Below, in pieces: positions 58,806 through 64,000 of a stretch of 64,000 bases of DNA. This stretch comes from an uncultured virus (IMG/VR IMGVR_UViG_3300046530_000052) (taxonomy: Duplodnaviria > Heunggongvirae > Uroviricota > Caudoviricetes), in the IMG/VR virus record IMGVR_UViG_3300046530_000052, positions 62,001 to 126,000 of that record. One strand, written 5' to 3'. The notes beneath the pieces were generated by a model. The model was not told the DNA's origin and did no database searches. It saw only the letters and a program-made list of their open reading frames with translations. Positions within the stretch are counted from its first letter, which is position 1; each line of letters opens with the position of its first letter. The position numbers and the translations under genes are program-made.

Positions 58806-60146
58806 ATGGAAATGCCTCGTGCGTTAGCGAACGTCATTGAGTTCGCCAGAACGGTCAACACGTACCAGCAACCCACCATGTCTACGCTGACCGCGATGAT
58901 CATTACACCGGACAACGAACAGATTGAACTGATCATGCCTAAGGGGATGTCTCGTTTCAGTATGTATGCGTTGAACCGCTCGGATGACCTTCGGATCAAA
59001 GGTCAGCTGCAACCTGGTGTCTACATGAACAAGGTGTTAAAGAACAAGGACAACCTGTTTCTCGAAGTTACTGAACGTCAAGGACTGACTCAGGTGACTC
59101 AGAAGTACCGGGCTACTCCTAAGGGTGATGCTAACCCCCAGATGGAAGGTAACAGTGTCAAGCTGGCCAACATGGAAGCTAAGGACTTCTTGAACATTGT
59201 TGAGGTTGAGTTCCAGTTGATGGAACCTGGCTATGCCATCCTGAAGAACAAGATCGTTACTGACAAACACTTGATGGGTACGGTACGGGATGTTCTTTAC
59301 TACCAGCTCATCAAGTTCGGTAAAGAACTGCCGTTGATTGGACCGGATGCGTGGAGAGGTGTTGACATCGAGGAACCTGTGGATAACATCCGCATCTTCC
59401 CAGTGGTTGATATCTCCCCACCTATTCCTTTGAAGGACTTGGGTCAGTGGTTGCAAAACGACGACCAGTTCGGGTTCTACTCCAAAGGCTTCGGGATGTA
59501 TTACCGCAAAGGAATGTGGTACATCTTCCCGTTGTTCAAGATGGGTCGTTACGAAACAGCTCGGAAAGTGCTGAACATCTATCGGGTTCCTCAGGACGTG
59601 CTCCCCACACTGGAGGTGACTCACTTCACTGAAGGCAAGGTAACCACTATCCTGTCTACAGGGACGGCTAAGCATATTGACGGCTCAGACATCGTTAAGC
59701 AGAACAAAGGTACGGGTAAACGTATCGTTAGCTCTGACGCGGTTATGGGTGAGACTGGTGGGTATTACAACAACGGTGTTCACCTGTCCACTCGGGCAGA
59801 CACCTTGAGTGAGTACCAGACGTCCAAGCGGGGGAGTGGTGAGGAAGTAGCGCCATTCGCCAGTGAACCGACTAACAACTTGGCTAAGCACTTGTCCGAT
59901 AACGCTTTCAACGAGGGTAACTTGGAGACCATCCAGTGGATGAACTCTGACCACTCTGTGTTGGAACCCGGGATGGCTGTTCGGTTCTTCTTCCTGACAG
60001 GCGACGTGTTGTCGTACAAAGAAGGAACCTTGCTGGGTGCTCGTACTGAGCATGTTCGTGATCAACAAACCCCTAACGATCTCAAGTTCAGACAGAGTAG
60101 TGCATTGTCTTTGTTCCTGAATGACCAGGTCGTTGAAGTGACTTAA
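58806..60146 (+). CDS. virion structural protein, probable baseplate hub (phiKZ gp101-like)
   Basis: 446 aa; GFYSKGFGMYY...WYIFP and W.NSD...LEPGM.V motifs, hub-like beta-barrel pattern. Confidence 0.6.
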   Translation: MEMPRALANVIEFARTVNTYQQPTMSTLTAMIITPDNEQIELIMPKGMSRFSMYALNRSDDLRIKGQLQPGVYMNKVLKNKDNLFLEVTERQGLTQVTQKYRATPKGDANPQMEGNSVKLANMEAKDFLNIVEVEFQLMEPGYAILKNKIVTDKHLMGTVRDVLYYQLIKFGKELPLIGPDAWRGVDIEEPVDNIRIFPVVDISPPIPLKDLGQWLQNDDQFGFYSKGFGMYYRKGMWYIFPLFKMGRYETARKVLNIYRVPQDVLPTLEVTHFTEGKVTTILSTGTAKHIDGSDIVKQNKGTGKRIVSSDAVMGETGGYYNNGVHLSTRADTLSEYQTSKRGSGEEVAPFASEPTNNLAKHLSDNAFNEGNLETIQWMNSDHSVLEPGMAVRFFFLTGDVLSYKEGTLLGARTEHVRDQQTPNDLKFRQSSALSLFLNDQVVEVT

Positions 60147-60226
60147 GTAATTTTTAAGGAGGGTGTTGTTTATATACGGATGGTAAGGAATCTCTGGGGA
60201 AAGGGGATTATTTTGTATTAATAATA

Positions 60227-60260
60227 GGGTACTAGCCTAACGGCTAGTACCCCTTCCTTC
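60227..60260 (+). terminator. hairpin ending the structural operon
   Basis: GGGTACTAGCC-TAAC-GGCTAGTACCC. Confidence 0.7.
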
Positions 60261-60282
60261 TATGCTCTTATCCCGCTAGGGA

Positions 60283-60300
60283 TTTATAGACCTACATCAT
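60283..60300 (+). promoter_or_regulatory. putative early promoter
   Basis: TTTATAGACCTACATCAT, a variant of the repeated motif. Confidence 0.6.
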
Positions 60301-60391
60301 CGGGATGACTAAAGAGTTAATCTTTATTATTAAACTCAACAGTCTTTATTATTGTAAATTAACCACACCAACCGAAAAGGGAAGAATGGAA

Positions 60392-62428
60392 ATGAGTGAA
60401 GGTAAAAACATTGTTTTGGTAGCCACTGGTTACAGTCGCCGTGAGCTTTCTGAAATTAAGGATAAAATCGGCAGATGTGTAATCCTCAGCTCGATTGGGG
60501 ATGGTCCTATCATTGGGACGATGGAAAAACTCCTACAAGAAGGTTATCAAGTAGTTTCTACGGAAACTATCGAGCCTAGTGGGGATAAGAATAAATTAGT
60601 AGTAGCTGAAGATCTGGATCGCATGATCCTTCGAGAACAACTGAAAGCACTCGGCATCGAGATTGAAGTAGTTGTTGATTCAGATTCAGTCAGCTCTATG
60701 GTCAATGGCTTGCTCGCCCTTCCTTCTACTCATGAGGAGATGAAGAAGATCCTTGGTCATACTCCTTACGAGGGTAATTACGAAAGGGACTGTCACCAGC
60801 TTCTTGGTCAAATCAAAGAGGCTTTCCGTCTGTTCATGATGCGGCATCCAAAGAACGAAGCCCTTCGTGACCTTACTATCGGTCGTCTGGGCAAGGAACT
60901 GACTGAACGTGCTCCTAGCTCCGATGTCAAAGACTCTGCAAAAGAAGCTTCTGTCACAGTCACCGTCGGCGAGGGTGTCAAGAGTGAGGACCTTCTGTTC
61001 GAAATCTTGAAAGAAGTAAAGGGCTTTCGTGAATCGGTTCAGTCGCCTTCTGCTGACGATCGTCGTAACCACGCAATCAGAGAGTTCCTGTCGACTTCCC
61101 AGTTGTCGGTAGAAGCAATCGTCAACGGACTGCGCGCCATTGAGGCCGGGACCACAGAGCAAGCTGGTTCCGATCACTATACCAGAGCTCTCGCAAAGGA
61201 ACGGATCACCAAGGCTATCAACGGTGGACTGAAACACGTCGGTAATGGGAAGAACTTTATCGAGGCTCTAGCCGATGCTTTGCTGGGGGACGAAAAGCAG
61301 GAAACTCGTACGCCTACTACCAAGGAAGAGTTTGTCAGTCTGTTAACCGAAGCGGTAGGTGATGTCGGGGCTGCTCGAGTACTTCCTCCGATCTCCTTGG
61401 ATCGCATGACCGCCAACACTCGTGAGCAGGTTGTCAAACTGTTGAACCCGACCTTTTCTGCGGTGTTCCATGGTCACTATAACGCACATATCCAGACTTT
61501 CAGCACGGAGCAGATCTTTAAGGCCCTCGTTGAAGCATTGGACGGAGATGATAGTGTTGTCAACTTCTACGGGCTGAATACACTCGGGGTTAGCGATAAA
61601 GCAACATTGCGTCATGAACTTTCCCGGGCGCTCGGTATCCATCGGGCTAAAGTGGTCGGTAGTAACAAGCAAAGTTTCTTGGAGGGTCTGATTAACGCTC
61701 TGCAAGAGGATAAGGTAATCGATAGTCACATCGTAGTGAACGGTCTCGGTAACCTGACCGAAGCAGACGGTGTTGAGCTGGTGAATATCCTCAAGCAAGG
61801 TCTTGGTGACTCGGTGTTCGTTGGTCATCAAACCAGAACCGAGAATATCCTCAGGAAGTTACTTGAGGCGGTTTCCGGTGACGAGATCAATCAGGTAACA
61901 CTCCATGATCTGAAATACATTGACAGTCGTGCCAAGCGCAATCTGTGCGCCGCTCTTAAAGTTGGACTAACCAAGTTCGAAGAACTCGAGCAACGGGATA
62001 AGAACTTCGCTATTAACGGAGCTGAGACTGAAAAGAAACCTAACGTGAACCTTACTCTGGGTAAACTCGTTCACGAATGGAAACAGGCTGCCGCTGAAAA
62101 GGGTATTGAAATCAATGAAATGGAGTTGCTCAATCATCTCCTCCAACAAGTCATTGCCCAACATTCCCCTATGTACCGACTGGAAGGTGGTAAGTGGGTT
62201 GAGCGTGTCGTTCCCTTGGCTCGTCCTCTTGACTGGTCTGTAGTTACCCAAAACATACCTGAGCAGGTAACCACTGCTATTGTTTTCGGTAATCACACGT
62301 TCGATTGTACTAAACGTGAAGACGGTAGTGTTAAGGTTACTACTAACCATGGGGATAATAAATCGAGCAACCTTATCATCACCAAAGATGGTTCGGTTAA
62401 GTTCGAAGATCCTGGCTATCTGGGATAG
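60392..62428 (+). CDS. accessory early protein with degenerate ~50-60-aa helical repeats
   Basis: ORF 60305..62428; likely start 60386 or 60392 after AAGGGAAG; repeats end in F/I..L..AL.GD. Confidence 0.75.
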   Translation: MSEGKNIVLVATGYSRRELSEIKDKIGRCVILSSIGDGPIIGTMEKLLQEGYQVVSTETIEPSGDKNKLVVAEDLDRMILREQLKALGIEIEVVVDSDSVSSMVNGLLALPSTHEEMKKILGHTPYEGNYERDCHQLLGQIKEAFRLFMMRHPKNEALRDLTIGRLGKELTERAPSSDVKDSAKEASVTVTVGEGVKSEDLLFEILKEVKGFRESVQSPSADDRRNHAIREFLSTSQLSVEAIVNGLRAIEAGTTEQAGSDHYTRALAKERITKAINGGLKHVGNGKNFIEALADALLGDEKQETRTPTTKEEFVSLLTEAVGDVGAARVLPPISLDRMTANTREQVVKLLNPTFSAVFHGHYNAHIQTFSTEQIFKALVEALDGDDSVVNFYGLNTLGVSDKATLRHELSRALGIHRAKVVGSNKQSFLEGLINALQEDKVIDSHIVVNGLGNLTEADGVELVNILKQGLGDSVFVGHQTRTENILRKLLEAVSGDEINQVTLHDLKYIDSRAKRNLCAALKVGLTKFEELEQRDKNFAINGAETEKKPNVNLTLGKLVHEWKQAAAEKGIEINEMELLNHLLQQVIAQHSPMYRLEGGKWVERVVPLARPLDWSVVTQNIPEQVTTAIVFGNHTFDCTKREDGSVKVTTNHGDNKSSNLIITKDGSVKFEDPGYLG

Positions 62429-62483
62429 TAGTGAATTAAGTAATTAATTACTACACGCACTATAGTAGTACCCCACCACGTAA

Positions 62484-62515
62484 ACCTCTCCTCAGCCTTA
62501 AGGCTGAGGAGAGGT
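62484..62515 (+). terminator. intergenic hairpin
   Basis: ACCTCTCCTCAGCC-TTAA-GGCTGAGGAGAGGT, perfect palindrome. Confidence 0.7.
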
Positions 62516-62548
62516 AACCACTATCTATGCAATTTAAGTTATGCCTTC

Positions 62549-62565
62549 TTTTAAACCTATATCAT
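62549..62565 (+). promoter_or_regulatory. putative early promoter
   Basis: TTTTAAACCTATATCAT. Confidence 0.65.
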
Positions 62566-62606
62566 CAGGGTAGTCAATCATTCGATTAATGTACCGGAGT
62601 ACCGTT

Positions 62607-63152
62607 ATGGAACTTGTTAATTGCACCCTTGAACAACTTACCGACTTGGTTGGTAATACCGGTATTACCCGTCTCCACCGTATGGGGATTGAGTATCCGG
62701 GTGAAGTATTGAACATCATCTTCGCTGAGACAGGTGATTTCCCGATCATCGATCAATACCCAGCTCAAGCTTTTGTATCTCGCATCAATATGGATACAAG
62801 AGAAATTAGCTACGATAAGAAAGATCCGTTGGCAATCGTTTTCTACCCAGCGATCATGAAAGAACAGCACACAGGGTTTCCAGTAGGCGAGACATTCCTT
62901 AACATCGGTACGCTCTTGCATGAGCTGACACACGTTAAGCAAGTGTTCTCTGGTCGTCTGGAATCCTTGGGTTGGCTTAAGATGAACTGGGAGGGCGTAT
63001 ATCACGAGATCGAGATGAACGGCTACCTTGCCTACCCTTGGGAGAAAGAAGCCTGTATGGAGCAGCTGGAGTGGATTACCCGGGGTAATACCATCATGGC
63101 CGAACTGCACTATAACGGTCTGGTGGAAGCTTCCAAGCAAATCAAACCATAA
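62607..63152 (+). CDS. small zincin-type (HExxH) metallopeptidase-like early protein
   Basis: LLHELTHVKQ and YPWEKEA; GGAG RBS favours ATG 62607. Confidence 0.72.
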   Translation: MELVNCTLEQLTDLVGNTGITRLHRMGIEYPGEVLNIIFAETGDFPIIDQYPAQAFVSRINMDTREISYDKKDPLAIVFYPAIMKEQHTGFPVGETFLNIGTLLHELTHVKQVFSGRLESLGWLKMNWEGVYHEIEMNGYLAYPWEKEACMEQLEWITRGNTIMAELHYNGLVEASKQIKP

Positions 63153-63162
63153 GCATACATAG

Positions 63163-63214
63163 GTACCCTACCAGCCTCTGAGGCTGGTAGGGTACTAATC
63201 TATGTTTTTTTTTT
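63163..63214. terminator. terminator between convergent genes
   Basis: GTACCCTACCAGCC-TCTGA-GGCTGGTAGGGTAC followed by TATG and a long T run. Confidence 0.8.
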
Positions 63215-63218
63215 CGTC

Positions 63219-64000
63219 TTACATCATGTCGTCAGCGTTTTCCAAACCTTTGTTGGTGATCTTCTGTTGCAGGCTTCGTCTGAACATTGGTTTACCCATG
63301 ATGTCATGGAGCAATCCGAACTTAGGGTCCAACCGGTAGAAGAAGAAACGATCGGGCGGAGGAGCGCCTTCACCTCGCATCTTCCCTAGCATGCAGCACC
63401 AGTAACTCGCTTGCTGACCACGAGCCACATGGATGCCCAGCACACAGTCTACTTCGTTAGTGATCTTGGTCGACGTCTCTGTCATCGACTGACCAGCAGT
63501 TTCCCGAATGAAGTAAACCTCACTCTCATCGTCCATCTCTTTCAGCGATCGTTTCGCATCAGGGTTGAGCTGGTGAGGAGTGATGAAACAAATACCACGG
63601 TTGATCATGAACGAACGAACACGACGGTACAGTAGTTGCAACTTGTCAGACTTACTGTCGCCCGGGATCTTGTCGTAGTTCATCAGAGCGAGGTAGTCGT
63701 AACCGTAGAGGATGATCTCGTGACCACGTAGCTCCAGAGTACGAACCCGATCCATCAAACGGTTCATGTCTTCTTTGTTGGACTCGATCTGGTTAATGAC
63801 CAAGAACCAACCGTTCTCTTTAAAAGACTTAGCAATTTCATCAGCAATCGAAATGGCATCGTCATTCAAGAAGTTAGCGTCGTTATCCAACGACGCAGCA
63901 CAACTCAACTTGTACATCCGCTCGAGTACCAAGCCCATCGTGTCTTCCGATGAGTCGAAGCAGATAGTCGGGATCTTGGAAGGATCGCGCAAGAAAGGAG
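63219..64000 (-). CDS. dnaB: DnaB-like replicative helicase (phiKZ gp118-like), 5'-truncated by the window edge
   Basis: SF4 motifs: SSED (H1a), YDYLALM (H2), FITPHQLN (H3), EVD...GKMRG (H4); frame open to the window end. Confidence 0.85.
   Translation of the reverse strand, partial: PFLRDPSKIPTICFDSSEDTMGLVLERMYKLSCAASLDNDANFLNDDAISIADEIAKSFKENGWFLVINQIESNKEDMNRLMDRVRTLELRGHEIILYGYDYLALMNYDKIPGDSKSDKLQLLYRRVRSFMINRGICFITPHQLNPDAKRSLKEMDDESEVYFIRETAGQSMTETSTKITNEVDCVLGIHVARGQQASYWCCMLGKMRGEGAPPPDRFFFYRLDPKFGLLHDIMGKPMFRRSLQQKITNKGLENADDMM

Noticed and set aside
1..64000. tRNA, rRNA, CRISPR arrays, introns, inteins, transposases, alternative genetic code
   Set aside because: No cloverleaf, spaced direct repeats or HNH/LAGLIDADG/intein motifs recognised by eye; TAA, TAG and TGA all end genes at sensible boundaries. 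A tRNAscan/Infernal run would be needed to exclude small RNAs
1..64000. Naming the exact phage or host
   Set aside because: The G-x-E sites and roughly 50% GC are suggestive of an EL/OBP-like lineage, but this cannot be verified without a database search

Overview
This 64-kb window is the conserved core of a nucleus-forming jumbo phage (phiKZ-like, Chimalliviridae). Identifications come from motif recognition and recalled phiKZ gene order; no database search was run. In order it encodes: the polymerase half of a split family-B DNA polymerase; chimallin (nuclear shell protein); four of the five non-virion RNA polymerase subunits (beta'-N with NADFDGD, gp68-like, beta-C, beta'-C), with no introns here; an SbcD/Mre11 nuclease; probable ChmC and PicA/Imp1; an SF2 helicase; a virion RNAP beta'-C subunit; the exonuclease/motif-A half of the DNA polymerase; a long block of head, inner-body, baseplate and neck genes; two accessory early genes; and the 3' part of a DnaB-like helicase. 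Six copies of a phiKZ-type early promoter motif (CCTAYATYAY) and about 17 intergenic hairpins are visible. Best leads: (1) an apparent -1 programmed frameshift at T-TTT-TTT (31786-31792) fusing a 571-aa CxxC chaperone-like gene to a start-less downstream frame (tail-chaperone G/GT-like, about 737 aa); (2) a family of head proteins in which an acidic propeptide ends at a G-x-E protease site and unmasks an amphipathic helix resembling antimicrobial peptides; (3) a prion-like protein next to PicA that shares chimallin's C-terminal motifs (MN[LM]LGGF and a terminal WG); (4) a related family of GCC-loop-GGC hairpins often followed by TATG. No tRNA, rRNA, CRISPR array or mobile element was recognised.
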